NCBI RefSeq assembly: GCF_000015025.1
Contig: NC_008578.1
Location: forward strand, 1,890,001 to 1,922,000
Reading direction: 5' to 3'
DNA from: Acidothermus cellulolyticus 11B
GTDB lineage: Bacteria > Actinomycetota > Actinomycetes > Acidothermales > Acidothermaceae
DNA length: 32,000 bases
The notes beneath the pieces are model-generated. The model worked only from the letters and a program-made list of their open reading frames with translations. It was not told the origin of the DNA and ran no database searches. Of the stretch, positions 7,212 through 19,245 are shown in pieces (the stretch's first letter is position 1; each line of letters begins with the position of its first letter). The position numbers and the translations under genes were made by a program.

Positions 7212-7949
7212 TCAGTCGAGGCGCACCGACCATCCGGGACGTGCCAGGTCCACTCGTCCGGTGAAGGTTGCCACAGCATCGGCGTACTGGACCTGCGGAT
7301 CCAGCCACGGCGGAATATGCGTGAGCAGCAGCCGACCGGCGCCGGACCGATTCGCGAGTTCCGCCGCCTCCACCGCGGTGAGGTGCAGGCCCGGCGGTCC
7401 GTTCTCCCGCGCCGGAAAGGTGGCTTCCGCGACGAGCAGATCCACGCCCGAGAAGAAGGGCGCAAGCCGGTCCGACCAGGCGGTGTCCGCGGTGTAACCG
7501 ATGGAAATCCCGCCCACCCGGATGCGCATCGCGTAGGTGTTCACCGGGTGGACCGTCGGGATGAATGTCACCGAAAACGGCCCCACCTCGCCGTCCACGA
7601 TCGGCCGCACGTCGAAGACCGGCCGGAGTGCGGCAGCGTCTTTACCGGTCAGCACGTACAGCGGTTGCGGATCCGGCAAGAGGACCGGCAGGGACGGCGG
7701 CACCCGGCCGTCCGGATGATGCGGACGCGCATATGCGAGCGGGACGAGGTCGAGCCAGTGGTCGCCATGCAAGTGGCTGACCACTACGGCGTCAACGTCC
7801 CGCGGGTCGCAGAAATTCTGCAATGCGCCGAGTGCGCCGTTTCCGATGTCAATGAGCAGCCGAAAACCGTCGTGCTCGACGAGATAACTGGAACATGCGT
7901 TCGCCGGTCCGGGGAAACTCCCCGAGCAGCCGATAACCGTCCAGCGCAT
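7212..7949 (-). CDS. MBL-fold metallo-hydrolase (family of M. tuberculosis Rv1339, reported as an atypical cAMP phosphodiesterase)
   Basis: It carries the HLHGDH metal-binding motif and the MBL pattern (SSYLVE...IDIGNG...SHLHGDHW). Its position between murI and rph matches the mycobacterial Rv1338-Rv1340 arrangement. Confidence 0.85.
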   Translation of the reverse strand: MRWTVIGCSGSFPGPANACSSYLVEHDGFRLLIDIGNGALGALQNFCDPRDVDAVVVSHLHGDHWLDLVPLAYARPHHPDGRVPPSLPVLLPDPQPLYVLTGKDAAALRPVFDVRPIVDGEVGPFSVTFIPTVHPVNTYAMRIRVGGISIGYTADTAWSDRLAPFFSGVDLLVAEATFPARENGPPGLHLTAVEAAELANRSGAGRLLLTHIPPWLDPQVQYADAVATFTGRVDLARPGWSVRLD

Positions 7950-7964
7950 CGATACCGCAGCACC

Positions 7965-10017
<2,053 letters not shown>

Positions 10018-10045
10018 GCCGCGAACTCCTCATTCCCAGGATCAC

Positions 10046-10486
10046 CTAGCTGTTCCTCGTCTCGCTGTTTATGTCCAACGCCGGCACCACCCGGACCTCT
10101 TCCTCCGTCACCGAGCCGTCGACGATCCGAAATGACCGGAACTCCACGGTATCGGGGTCGCGCGTGGACACGAGCACGTAGTGGGCGTTCGGCTCGGAGG
10201 CATAGGAGACATCCGTGCGGGACGGATATGCCTCGGTTGCCGTATGCGAATGATAGATGATCACCGGTTCTTCGCCGCGCTCGTCCATTTCCCGGTAGAG
10301 GCGCAGCAGATCAGCTGAGTCGAATTCGTAGAACGTCGGTGAGCGGGCCGCGTTGGTCATCGGCACGAACCGCACCGGACGATCGCTCCCCACTGGGCCG
10401 GCAACAACGCCGCACGCTTCATCCGGGTGATCCCTACGAGCGTGCGCCACGATGGCGTCGTAGATCGACTTGTCGATGACCAGCAC
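10046..10486 (-). CDS. mec: JAMM/MPN+ metalloprotease Mec (CysO C-terminal hydrolase)
   Basis: IVAHARRDHPDEACGVVAG.....IYHSHT.TEAYPS.TD is the JAMM motif (E...HxHxxxxxxxSxxD). I chose the GTG at 10486 (146 aa, the length I recall for Rv1334). The listed ORF start at 10615 adds an Arg/Pro-rich extension, so the start codon is uncertain. Confidence 0.85.
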   Translation of the reverse strand: MLVIDKSIYDAIVAHARRDHPDEACGVVAGPVGSDRPVRFVPMTNAARSPTFYEFDSADLLRLYREMDERGEEPVIIYHSHTATEAYPSRTDVSYASEPNAHYVLVSTRDPDTVEFRSFRIVDGSVTEEEVRVVPALDINSETRNS

Positions 10487-10611
10487 GTGCACCAGCCTAC
10501 TTATCCGATCATGGGGGCTTGGCGGCGCGGGTCGCCGTGGGAGATGGCGGGAGCCGGTCCGCGCCCGCGGGTCGCCGCGCGGTACTGCGCGCCCGCCCGC
10601 GCCCGGTCCGC

Positions 10612-11229
10612 TCAACCGGACGACTGTCCGGACGCCGCCTCGACCAGCTCCTCCAAGAGCAGACCCAACCAGTTGAACAGACCGAAGGCAGCCGCCCGCG
10701 GGGAAATCGTCGGCCCTTCCGCGAGCTCCTCTTCGAGCCTGTCGACGTCATCTTCACGTTCGATGCCGAGCCGGACCCCCAGTACCAGCCGGGCGTCGGT
10801 CAACGTGCGCAGCCACGCATCCAGCTGCTTGCCACCGACCGGTGCCTCACCCGTCGCCTCGATCTCGTCGAGAGTCCGCCGGACGACGCCCAGGTCCGCC
10901 CGTTTCCCCGCGCAGAGCGTCTCCTGTGTGTACCGGCGGAATTCCGCGGCAGCCGAAGGGTCCCCCTGGTAAGCATCGGGGAAGAGCCGGCGAAGCGCGG
11001 GATCCGTCGGGGACTCGACCGGTCCGGGCAGGTGCAGCATCTCCGCCAGCGCATCCAGCGGCGCGCTCGGCTCGGCGCCCGGTCGCCGCCGACGCTCAGG
11101 GGAGGGGGAAATCTCACCGAGCAGCCCGTCAAGCTGATCGACGACGCTGCGGAGCACCGCGACTTCCGGTCCACCGAACCGGAGTCGAACCTCAGCGTCG
11201 CCGTTGCCGCCCGGCTCCACAGCAGCCAT
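10612..11229 (-). CDS. DUF2017-family protein (conserved ClpS neighbour in actinobacteria)
   Basis: This acidic 205-aa protein lies directly downstream of clpS, as in mycobacteria (Rv1331-Rv1332). The family assignment comes from context and memory, not a search. Confidence 0.7.
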   Translation of the reverse strand: MAAVEPGGNGDAEVRLRFGGPEVAVLRSVVDQLDGLLGEISPSPERRRRPGAEPSAPLDALAEMLHLPGPVESPTDPALRRLFPDAYQGDPSAAAEFRRYTQETLCAGKRADLGVVRRTLDEIEATGEAPVGGKQLDAWLRTLTDARLVLGVRLGIEREDDVDRLEEELAEGPTISPRAAAFGLFNWLGLLLEELVEAASGQSSG

Positions 11230-11241
11230 GCCCTGTCCCCG

Positions 11242-11532
11242 TCAGGCGCGGCGGACCGTGGCCCACAGCCCGTGCGCGTGCAACCGAGCCGCGTCGTTCT
11301 CCATCTGCTCCCGGCGTCCGGTGGAGACGACGGCCTTGCCCTCGTAATGCACCTGCAGCATGAGCTTTTCGGCCTTCTCCTTTGGATAGCCAAAGAGCTT
11401 CTGGAAGACGTAGGTGACGTAGCTCATCAAATTGACCGGATCGTTCCAGACGATCGTGACCCAGGGAGTGTCCGGCCGGACGTCAGACTCCGGACGCTCG
11501 ACTTCCACCGGGGCGGTACTCATATCCGCCAT
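11242..11532 (-). CDS. clpS: ATP-dependent Clp protease adaptor ClpS
   Basis: [47 protein letters not shown] is the canonical ClpS core. Confidence 0.93.
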   Translation of the reverse strand: MADMSTAPVEVERPESDVRPDTPWVTIVWNDPVNLMSYVTYVFQKLFGYPKEKAEKLMLQVHYEGKAVVSTGRREQMENDAARLHAHGLWATVRRA

Positions 11533-11546
11533 CGTAGGGTTTCGTC

Positions 11547-12878
11547 GTGTCCTCGACCGCGCTGCTGACCGACCGCTATGAGCTCACCATGGTGCAGGCT
11601 GCGCTCCGCAGCGGGGCGGGGCATCGGCGTGCCGTCTTCGAGGTTTTCGCCCGGCGGTTACCCAAGGGACGACGGTACGGCGTTGTCGCCGGCACGGCCC
11701 GGCTCCTCGACGCCATCGCGGATTTCCGGTTCGACGGTGATGACCTGGAGTGGCTGGTCGCCGAGGGCATTGTCGACGAGCCCACCGCCCGCTGGCTGGC
11801 GAATTTCCGGTTCACCGGCAATATCGACGGTTACGCCGAGGGTGACGTGTTCTTCCCGGGTTCGCCGATCCTCGTCGTCGAGTCGAGCTTCGCGGAAGCG
11901 GTCCTGCTGGAAACCCTTGTCCTGTCGATCCTCAACCACGATTGCGCTGTCGCGGCCGCTGCCTCGCGGATGACCCTCGCCGCCGGTGACCGGCCCTGCC
12001 TGGAGATGGGCGGGCGGCGGACGCACGAACACGCGGCGGTCGCCGCCGCACGGGCCGCTTATCTCGCCGGTTTCGCCGCTACCTCGAACCTCGAAGCCGG
12101 TCGGCGGTACGGCATTCCCACCGTCGGCACCAGCGCCCACGCGTTCACGCTCGTCCACGACAGCGAAGAGGCCGCGTTCCGCGCGCAACTCACCGCACTC
12201 GGCACCGCAACCACCCTGCTCGTCGACACCTACGACGTCCCGACCGCGGTGCGTACGGCGATCCGGCTCGCCGGAGCCGAGCTGGGAGCGGTTCGCATCG
12301 ACTCCGGCGACCTGGTGACCGAAGCCCGTGCGGTGCGGGCCCAGCTTGACGAACTCGGCGCCACCAAGACGCGGATCATCGTCACCGGTGATCTGGACGA
12401 GTACGCCATTGCGGCGCTCTCGGCGGCCCCGGTTGACGGGTACGGCGTCGGAACGGCGGTGGTGACGGGCAGCGGCGCCCCGACGGCCAACTTGGTCTAC
12501 AAGCTCGTCGCCCGCGCCGGCGAATCCGGTTGCTGGCGTGCCGTGCAGAAGGCAAGTCCCGGCAAGATCGGCCACGGCGGACGGAAATGGGCATTCCGGC
12601 GGTTTGACCGACGCGGAATCGCCGAAGCCGAAGTGATCTGGTCCGAGGCTGCACCGGATCATTACCGAGGCGGTGAACGCCCGCCGCTTGACGACGCGCA
12701 CCGGCCGCTGCTTGTCCCGCTCATCCGCGACGGCGAGATCGTCGGCCGTGAACCGCTGGACGCCGCCCGTCGACGTCACCGGGAGGTGCGAAACACGCTG
12801 CCACCGGCCGCTCTGCACCTCCAGCCCGGCGATCCGGCGCTGCCGACCGTCTTCGCCCATGAGCCGCCGAACCGGTAA
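11547..12878 (+). CDS. pncB: Nicotinate phosphoribosyltransferase
   Basis: [17 protein letters not shown]....[21 protein letters not shown]......RF...DL.WL ... GTSAHAF ... LLVDTYD... matches the PncB family. It is divergent from clpS, with only 14 bp between the start codons. Confidence 0.92.
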   Translation: MSSTALLTDRYELTMVQAALRSGAGHRRAVFEVFARRLPKGRRYGVVAGTARLLDAIADFRFDGDDLEWLVAEGIVDEPTARWLANFRFTGNIDGYAEGDVFFPGSPILVVESSFAEAVLLETLVLSILNHDCAVAAAASRMTLAAGDRPCLEMGGRRTHEHAAVAAARAAYLAGFAATSNLEAGRRYGIPTVGTSAHAFTLVHDSEEAAFRAQLTALGTATTLLVDTYDVPTAVRTAIRLAGAELGAVRIDSGDLVTEARAVRAQLDELGATKTRIIVTGDLDEYAIAALSAAPVDGYGVGTAVVTGSGAPTANLVYKLVARAGESGCWRAVQKASPGKIGHGGRKWAFRRFDRRGIAEAEVIWSEAAPDHYRGGERPPLDDAHRPLLVPLIRDGEIVGREPLDAARRRHREVRNTLPPAALHLQPGDPALPTVFAHEPPNR

Positions 12879-12979
12879 GGAACCGCCCGGCGCGAAACCC
12901 TTCGGGTCCTGTTGGCTACCGAGCCTCACTGTGGAATTCTTGAGGGAGATCCATTGCGGCTTCACCGAGGAGTGCCTGG

Positions 12980-13903
12980 TTGAGTGACGTGCCGCCTTCC
13001 CTAGCCCCAGCCGGCCGGGTCCGGCCGTCCGCCGACCCGATGCCCGCGCTGGACGCCGTCCTCGCGAAGGCTGGTTCGGAGAACTTCCCGGTAGCGCTCG
13101 GCATCCTCCCCCGCCGGCTTCGTGCCGAATTGATGGCCATCTACGGATTCGCCCGGCTGGTTGATGACATCGGCGATGAGACGGCCGCCGACCGGTTCGC
13201 CCTTCTCGACCGGGTGGACGCTGCGTTGGATGCGCTCTTCGCCGGCAAGGACGTGGATATTCGCGCGGTGGCGGCCCTTGCGGCCGGCGTACGTGCCGGG
13301 CATTTCGCCGAGGAGCCGCTGCGCCGGCTCGTCGAGGCCAACCGGATCGACCAGCGGGTCAACCGATACGACACCTTCAACCAGTTGCGCGACTATTGCA
13401 GCTACTCCGCCGACCCGGTGGGCCGGCTCGTCCTCGGGGCGCTGGGTGCGGACACTCCGGACTTGCGGGTCCTGTCGGACCGGGTGTGCACCGGGCTGCA
13501 AATCGTCGAACACCTGCAGGACGTCGCCGAGGATCTCCATCATCGCGACCGGATTTACCTTCCCGCTGAGGACATGGCCCGGTTCGGGGTGACCGAGGCG
13601 GATTTGCGCGCGCCGCAGGCGACGTCGCGGGTTCGCGCCCTCATCTCGTTCGAAGCATCCCGGGCGCGGGAGCTTTTCACCGCAGCCCGTCCGCTCACCC
13701 GGGCGATTCCCGGCCGAGCGAAGCTTGCCGTGGCCGCATTCGCCGCCGGCGGACTCGCCGCCCTGCACGCCATGGCGCGGGTCGATTACGACGTCCTGGC
13801 ACACCGCTGCCGACCGAAGAAATCCCAGCTTCTGCTGGAAACTCTCCGGATTGTCACCGGCATGCCCGACAACCGCGCTCCACATCCGGAATTCGGCCGA
13901 TGA
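12980..13903 (+). CDS. hpnC: Squalene synthase HpnC (hydroxysqualene synthase, SQS/PSY family)
   Basis: ENFPVA....P...R..L.A.YGFAR.VDDIGDE and a second Asp-rich region (QIVEHLQDV.ED) fit the SQS/PSY fold. It is the first gene of the hpnCDE-shc cluster. The TTG start at 12980 has GAGGAG 7 nt upstream. Confidence 0.88.
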   Translation: MSDVPPSLAPAGRVRPSADPMPALDAVLAKAGSENFPVALGILPRRLRAELMAIYGFARLVDDIGDETAADRFALLDRVDAALDALFAGKDVDIRAVAALAAGVRAGHFAEEPLRRLVEANRIDQRVNRYDTFNQLRDYCSYSADPVGRLVLGALGADTPDLRVLSDRVCTGLQIVEHLQDVAEDLHHRDRIYLPAEDMARFGVTEADLRAPQATSRVRALISFEASRARELFTAARPLTRAIPGRAKLAVAAFAAGGLAALHAMARVDYDVLAHRCRPKKSQLLLETLRIVTGMPDNRAPHPEFGR

Positions 13904-14811
13904 ACGCACCCTCCGCTGCACGGCTCGCGACGGCGTACGCCGAATGCGAACACATCATGGTGAGCGCCGCCCGGAATTTCTCCTACGGAATCCGCCTGCT
14001 GCCGCCGGGCAAACGTCAAGCGCTTGCCGCGGTGTATGCGTTGGCCCGGCGCATCGATGACATCGGCGACGGCACCCTCCCCGACGACGAGAAACTCCGA
14101 TTGCTCGACGACGTCCGCATGTCGATCAAACGAATGGGCGAGCCGACCGACGACCCGGTGCTGCTGGCGGTGGGCGATGCCGCCCGCCGGCTGCCGATCC
14201 CCATCGACGCATTCTTTGAGCTCATCGAAGGGTGCGAGCTGGACGTCCGCAATACCCGCTATCCGACCTTCCGCGAACTCACCCACTACTGCCGGTGCGT
14301 CGCGGGTTCGATCGGGCGGTTGTCGCTCGGCGTTTTCGACCCGGCTGATTTCGCGACCGCCGAACCCCTGGCCGACGCACTCGGCATCGCCTTGCAATTG
14401 ACCAACATCCTGCGGGACATCCGGGAAGATCTGCTTCGCGGCCGCGTCTACCTGCCGCTCGACGAGCTGACCGCCGCCGGCATCGAGCCGCATCTGGACG
14501 ATCGGGGCATGGTCGCCGACGAGCGCGGCCGGTTCGCGGAATTTATCCGCGACCAGGCGGCCCGCGCCGAAACGTGGTACGCGCGGGGCTTTGCCCTGCT
14601 GCCCATGCTCGACCGCCGGTCTGCTGCGTGCACCGCGGCCATGGCCGGCATCTACCACCGCCTGCTGCAACGCATCGCCCGCAATCCGCGAGCCGTCCTG
14701 CAACGGCGGGTCGCCTTGCCGGCCTGGGAGAAGGCTGCGCTCGCCGCACGGGCATTCGCCACCGGCGGCCTCGGGGAAGCCGCGGCGCGACGTTCCGCCG
14801 GAGCGCGATGA
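13900..14811 (+). CDS. hpnD: Presqualene diphosphate synthase HpnD (SQS/PSY family)
   Basis: SRNFSYGIRLLP..KR.AL.AVYA.ARR.DDIGD ... Y.L.ELT.YC..VAGS.G.L....F ... LQLTNILRD..ED...GRVYLP are classic HpnD/phytoene-synthase-like motifs. The ATG overlaps the hpnC stop codon (ATGA). Confidence 0.92.
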   Translation: MNAPSAARLATAYAECEHIMVSAARNFSYGIRLLPPGKRQALAAVYALARRIDDIGDGTLPDDEKLRLLDDVRMSIKRMGEPTDDPVLLAVGDAARRLPIPIDAFFELIEGCELDVRNTRYPTFRELTHYCRCVAGSIGRLSLGVFDPADFATAEPLADALGIALQLTNILRDIREDLLRGRVYLPLDELTAAGIEPHLDDRGMVADERGRFAEFIRDQAARAETWYARGFALLPMLDRRSAACTAAMAGIYHRLLQRIARNPRAVLQRRVALPAWEKAALAARAFATGGLGEAAARRSAGAR

Positions 14812-16268
14812 ACGGGACCCGGTCCGCCGACGGTCCGTCGGTCGTCATCATTGGCGGTGGGCTCGCAGGATTGGCGGCCGCGATCGGCGCGGCGGACGCC
14901 GGATGGCGGGTGACCGTCGTGGAGGCGCGGCCGCGGCTGGGCGGGCTGACCCACTCCTTCACCCGGGAGGTAGCCGGAGAACGCGTCGCCGTCGACAACG
15001 GACAGCACGTGTTCCTCCGCTGCTGCAGCGCGTACCGCGCCTTCCTGCACCGACTCGGCGTCGCTGGCCAGACGGTTCTCCTCCCACTCGACGTCCCGGT
15101 CGTCGATCCGGCGACCCGCCGGAAGGGCCGCTTGCGCCGCGACCCGCTCCCCGCGCCGCTGCATCTCCTCCGCTCGCTGGCCGGCTATCCCCTCCTGTCG
15201 CTTCGCGAACGCTGGACGGCGGCCCGCGCGATCACCGCGCTTCGCCGCGTGGACCGAAACTCCCGCGCAGTGGATCAGCGCAGCTTCGGTGACTGGTTGG
15301 CGCAGCGTGGCGTGCCGCAGCGGGCGGTCGACCGGTTGATCGACGTGTTCACCGTCGCGACGCTGAACGCCCCGGCGGCTCTCGTCTCGCTGGGGATTGC
15401 CGCGATGGTGTTCCAGGACGGGCTCCTGACCGACCGGACCGCCTGTGACATCGGCTACGCCACTGTGCCGCTCGGCGAACTGCACGGCTCCGCTGCCGGG
15501 CGCCTGCTCGGCGCCCTCGGCGTCCGGGTACTGCTCCGGACCAGCGCCCGATCAGTCATGCCCCAGGGTGACCGCTGGCAGGTGGAGGTCGCCGATCCGG
15601 CCGGTGTGCCGCGCATCCTGGACGCCGACGCGGTGGTGGTCGCCGTCCCGCATGATCGGGCCACCCGGCTCCTGCCGCCCGGGGCGCTCCCGGTATCACC
15701 CGGCCTGCTGCACAGCTCACCGATCATCAACGTGCACGTGATCTACGACCGGCGCGTGCTCGATCGCCCGTTCCTCGCGTCGGTTGAGAGCCCGGCGCAG
15801 TTCATCTTCGACCGGACCACCGCATCCGGCCTTGCCGCAGTCCGGCCGGAGTGGCAGTACCTCGCGGTGTCGGTGTCGGCTGCTACCCGGTGGATCCGGG
15901 AGCCGGTGGCGGCGATACGTGCCGTGTTCCTCCCCGCGGTGCAGGAAATCCTGCCAGACGCCCGGACCGCCGAAGTGATCGACTTCTTTGTGACTCGGGA
16001 GCCACAGGCGACGTTTCTCCCTGAACCCGGGAGCGCCGCCTACCGGCTCGGCACCCGCACCCGGCTCCCCGGCCTCTTCCTCGCCGGTGCGTGGACCGAC
16101 ACCGGGTGGCCGGCAACGATGGAGGGCGCCGTCCGCAGCGGATGGGCCGCAGCAGCCGCGCTCGGCGAACTCTCCGGCCGGTTCGATGCGCCCGTGGTGG
16201 ATCTCCGCGGCGAAAAACCGGGTAACGTAGCGGCACCGAGGGAAGATCCGGCAGGCGTGGAGGCGTAA
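14808..16268 (+). CDS. hpnE: Hydroxysqualene dehydroxylase HpnE (FAD-dependent amine-oxidase-like oxidoreductase)
   Basis: SVVIIGGGLAGLAAA......G..V.V.EARPRLGG is the dinucleotide-binding motif, and the C-terminus has GAWTDTGWPATMEGAVRSG. The ATG at 14808 overlaps the hpnD stop codon (ATGA). The listed ORF start at 14574 is an out-of-gene extension. Confidence 0.9.
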   Translation: MNGTRSADGPSVVIIGGGLAGLAAAIGAADAGWRVTVVEARPRLGGLTHSFTREVAGERVAVDNGQHVFLRCCSAYRAFLHRLGVAGQTVLLPLDVPVVDPATRRKGRLRRDPLPAPLHLLRSLAGYPLLSLRERWTAARAITALRRVDRNSRAVDQRSFGDWLAQRGVPQRAVDRLIDVFTVATLNAPAALVSLGIAAMVFQDGLLTDRTACDIGYATVPLGELHGSAAGRLLGALGVRVLLRTSARSVMPQGDRWQVEVADPAGVPRILDADAVVVAVPHDRATRLLPPGALPVSPGLLHSSPIINVHVIYDRRVLDRPFLASVESPAQFIFDRTTASGLAAVRPEWQYLAVSVSAATRWIREPVAAIRAVFLPAVQEILPDARTAEVIDFFVTREPQATFLPEPGSAAYRLGTRTRLPGLFLAGAWTDTGWPATMEGAVRSGWAAAAALGELSGRFDAPVVDLRGEKPGNVAAPREDPAGVEA

Positions 16269-16270
16269 GA

Positions 16271-17290
16271 ATGACCCGTTCCCAGCCCCCAGCCGTACTC
16301 TCCGCCGTCCGCGATCTCGTGGACCGGCCGCTCCGGGAGGCGATCGACCGGCTCGCTCCGAAGATCCGGCGGGTCGCTGCGTATCACTTCGGCTGGGAAG
16401 AAGCCGACGGCAGACCCGGCAACGGCGGCGGAAAGGCGGTTCGGTCTGCCCTCGCGGTGCTGTCCGCGCAGGCGGCCGGTGCACCCGCCGCGGTCGGCAT
16501 CCCGGGGGCGGTCGCGGTCGAGCTCGTCCACAACTTCTCGCTGCTCCACGACGACGTGATGGACGGCGATGAGGAACGGCGGCATCGACCGACCGCCTGG
16601 ACGGTCTTCGGCCGGTCGGCGGCGCTGCTTGCCGGTGACGCCCTCCTCGGCCTGGCGTTCGACGTCCTGCTCGACGCTGAGCACGGCGACGCCGCGCAGC
16701 GCTGCCTGGGATCGGCGACGCAAGAACTGATCGCCGGGCAGTTCGACGACCTGGACTTTGAGACCCGGCTCGACGTCAGCCTCGACGAATGCGTCTCGAT
16801 GGCCGGCGCCAAGACCGCCGCGTTGATGGCCTGCGCATCGTCGATCGGTGCGCGACTCGCCGGCGCGGACCCGGCGCTGGTCAACGCGCTGGACGACTTC
16901 GGTCGCCACCTCGGCTTGGCGTTCCAACTGGTCGACGACCTGCTCGGCATCTGGGGTGCCCCGGAGGTGACCGGTAAGCCGGTCGGAGCAGATCTGCGCG
17001 CCCGCAAGAAGAGTCTGCCGGTCGTCGCGGCCATGACCTCGGGCACACCGGCCGGGGAGGAATTACGCATTCTTTACGGCGGCGAGAAACTCCACGCCGA
17101 CGCCGATGCGCATGTGGTCGGCCTGGCTGCGGAGCTCGTCGAAGCAGCCGGTGGACGGCGATGGGCCATGGAGGAGGCGGACCGGCGGCTTGCCGCCGCG
17201 TGCGCCGCATTGGACGGCGTTCCGGTCGTTCCGGCTGCGAAAACCGGCCTCCTCGACATCGCGCGGTACGTAACCAGCCGCGACCACTAG
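16271..17290 (+). CDS. Polyprenyl diphosphate synthase (FPP/GGPP synthase family) of the hopanoid cluster
   Basis: The first Asp-rich motif is LLHDDVMDGDEERRHRPT and the second is FQLVDDLLGIWG. The start lies 3 nt after the hpnE stop codon. Confidence 0.92.
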   Translation: MTRSQPPAVLSAVRDLVDRPLREAIDRLAPKIRRVAAYHFGWEEADGRPGNGGGKAVRSALAVLSAQAAGAPAAVGIPGAVAVELVHNFSLLHDDVMDGDEERRHRPTAWTVFGRSAALLAGDALLGLAFDVLLDAEHGDAAQRCLGSATQELIAGQFDDLDFETRLDVSLDECVSMAGAKTAALMACASSIGARLAGADPALVNALDDFGRHLGLAFQLVDDLLGIWGAPEVTGKPVGADLRARKKSLPVVAAMTSGTPAGEELRILYGGEKLHADADAHVVGLAAELVEAAGGRRWAMEEADRRLAAACAALDGVPVVPAAKTGLLDIARYVTSRDH

Positions 17291-17343
17291 GCGGTGACAC
17301 GCCGCACCAGAAAGTGCCTGCCCATCAAGGAAGGAGGAGCGCA

Positions 17344-19245
17344 GTGACCCAGGCGAGCGTACGAGAGGACGCGAAAGCGGCCCTTGACCGAGCCGTCGAT
17401 TACCTCCTCTCCTTGCAGGACGAGAAAGGTTTCTGGAAAGGCGAACTAGAAACCAACGTCACGATCGAAGCGGAAGACCTGCTTCTTCGCGAATTCCTCG
17501 GCATCCGAACGCCGGACATCACGGCGGAAACCGCGCGGTGGATTCGCGCCAAGCAGCGGTCCGACGGCACGTGGGCCACGTTTTACGACGGGCCACCGGA
17601 TTTGTCGACCTCAGTCGAAGCCTACGTGGCGCTGAAACTCGCCGGCGATGACCCGGCCGCGCCGCATATGGAGAAAGCCGCCGCATACATCCGCGGCGCC
17701 GGCGGGGTGGAGCGGACTCGGGTGTTCACCCGGTTATGGTTGGCGCTCTTCGGCTTATGGCCGTGGGACGATCTGCCGACGCTCCCGCCGGAGATGATTT
17801 TTCTCCCGTCGTGGTTTCCGTTGAACATTTACGACTGGGGGTGCTGGGCCCGGCAGACCGTCGTACCGCTCACTATTGTCAGCGCGCTCCGGCCGGTGCG
17901 GCCGATACCGCTGTCCATCGACGAAATCCGGACCGGCGCACCGCCGCCGCCGCGGGATCCGGCCTGGACGATCCGCGGCTTCTTCCAGCGACTGGATGAC
18001 CTGCTGCGCGGATACCGGCGGGTCGCGGATCACGGTCCGGCCCGACTGTTCCGGCGCTTGGCCATGCGGCGGGCGGCGGAATGGATCATCGCGCGACAGG
18101 AAGCCGACGGCTCGTGGGGCGGCATCCAGCCGCCATGGGTGTATTCGTTGATTGCCTTGCATCTTCTCGGTTATCCGCTTGATCATCCCGTGCTGCGCCG
18201 CGGCCTGGACGGACTGAACGGCTTCACCATCCGGGAGGAGACCGCTGACGGGGCGGTCCGCCGGTTGGAAGCCTGCCAGTCGCCGGTCTGGGACACCGCG
18301 CTGGCGGTCACCGCGCTCCGCGACGCCGGCCTGCCCGCCGATCATCCGAGGGTGCAGGCCGCCGCCCGCTGGCTGGTCGGCGAAGAGGTGCGGGTCGCCG
18401 GGGACTGGGCGGTACGCCGTCCCGGGCTGCCGCCAGGAGGATGGGCCTTCGAATTCGCCAACGACAACTACCCGGATACCGATGACACCGCGGAGGTGGT
18501 CCTCGCCCTCCGCCGAGTGCGCCTCGAGGACGCCGATCAGCAGGCGCTGGAGGCTGCGGTCCGCCGCGCGACGACGTGGGTCATCGGCATGCAATCCACG
18601 GACGGCGGCTGGGGCGCCTTCGACGCGGACAACACCCGAGAGTTGGTGCTCCGCCTGCCGTTCTGCGATTTCGGAGCCGTGATCGATCCGCCGTCCGCGG
18701 ACGTCACCGCGCACATCGTGGAAATGCTCGCCGCCCTCGGCATGCGCGACCACCCAGCCACGGTCGCCGGGGTGCGCTGGCTGCTCGCACACCAAGAGCC
18801 GGACGGCTCGTGGTTCGGCCGGTGGGGTGCCAATCACATCTACGGCACCGGCGCCGTGGTGCCGGCACTGATCGCCGCTGGGGTGTCGCCGGACACGCCG
18901 CCGATCCGCCGGGCGATCCGCTGGCTGGAGGAGCATCAGAATCCGGACGGCGGGTGGGGCGAGGATCTCCGGTCGTACACCGATCCGGCGCTGTGGGTCG
19001 GCCGTGGGGTGTCCACCGCCTCACAGACCGCGTGGGCGCTGCTCGCGCTCCTCGCCGCCGGGGAGGAGGCGTCGCCCGCGGTGGACCGCGGCGTGCGGTG
19101 GCTGGTCACAACGCAGCAGCCGGACGGCGGGTGGGATGAGCCGCACTACACGGGTACCGGATTTCCCGGCGACTTCTACATCAACTACCACCTGTACCGA
19201 CTGGTCTTCCCGATCAGTGCGCTCGGACGATACGTGAACCGATGA
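17344..19245 (+). CDS. shc: Squalene-hopene cyclase
   Basis: It has the DxDD protonation motif (YPDTDDTAEV) and multiple QW repeats (R.IRAKQRSDGTW, II.RQEADGSWGG, GMQSTDGGWGAF, AHQEPDGSWFGRWG, EHQNPDGGWGE, TTQQPDGGWDE). The GTG at 17344 is preceded by AAGGAAGGAGGAG. Confidence 0.95.
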   Translation: MTQASVREDAKAALDRAVDYLLSLQDEKGFWKGELETNVTIEAEDLLLREFLGIRTPDITAETARWIRAKQRSDGTWATFYDGPPDLSTSVEAYVALKLAGDDPAAPHMEKAAAYIRGAGGVERTRVFTRLWLALFGLWPWDDLPTLPPEMIFLPSWFPLNIYDWGCWARQTVVPLTIVSALRPVRPIPLSIDEIRTGAPPPPRDPAWTIRGFFQRLDDLLRGYRRVADHGPARLFRRLAMRRAAEWIIARQEADGSWGGIQPPWVYSLIALHLLGYPLDHPVLRRGLDGLNGFTIREETADGAVRRLEACQSPVWDTALAVTALRDAGLPADHPRVQAAARWLVGEEVRVAGDWAVRRPGLPPGGWAFEFANDNYPDTDDTAEVVLALRRVRLEDADQQALEAAVRRATTWVIGMQSTDGGWGAFDADNTRELVLRLPFCDFGAVIDPPSADVTAHIVEMLAALGMRDHPATVAGVRWLLAHQEPDGSWFGRWGANHIYGTGAVVPALIAAGVSPDTPPIRRAIRWLEEHQNPDGGWGEDLRSYTDPALWVGRGVSTASQTAWALLALLAAGEEASPAVDRGVRWLVTTQQPDGGWDEPHYTGTGFPGDFYINYHLYRLVFPISALGRYVNR

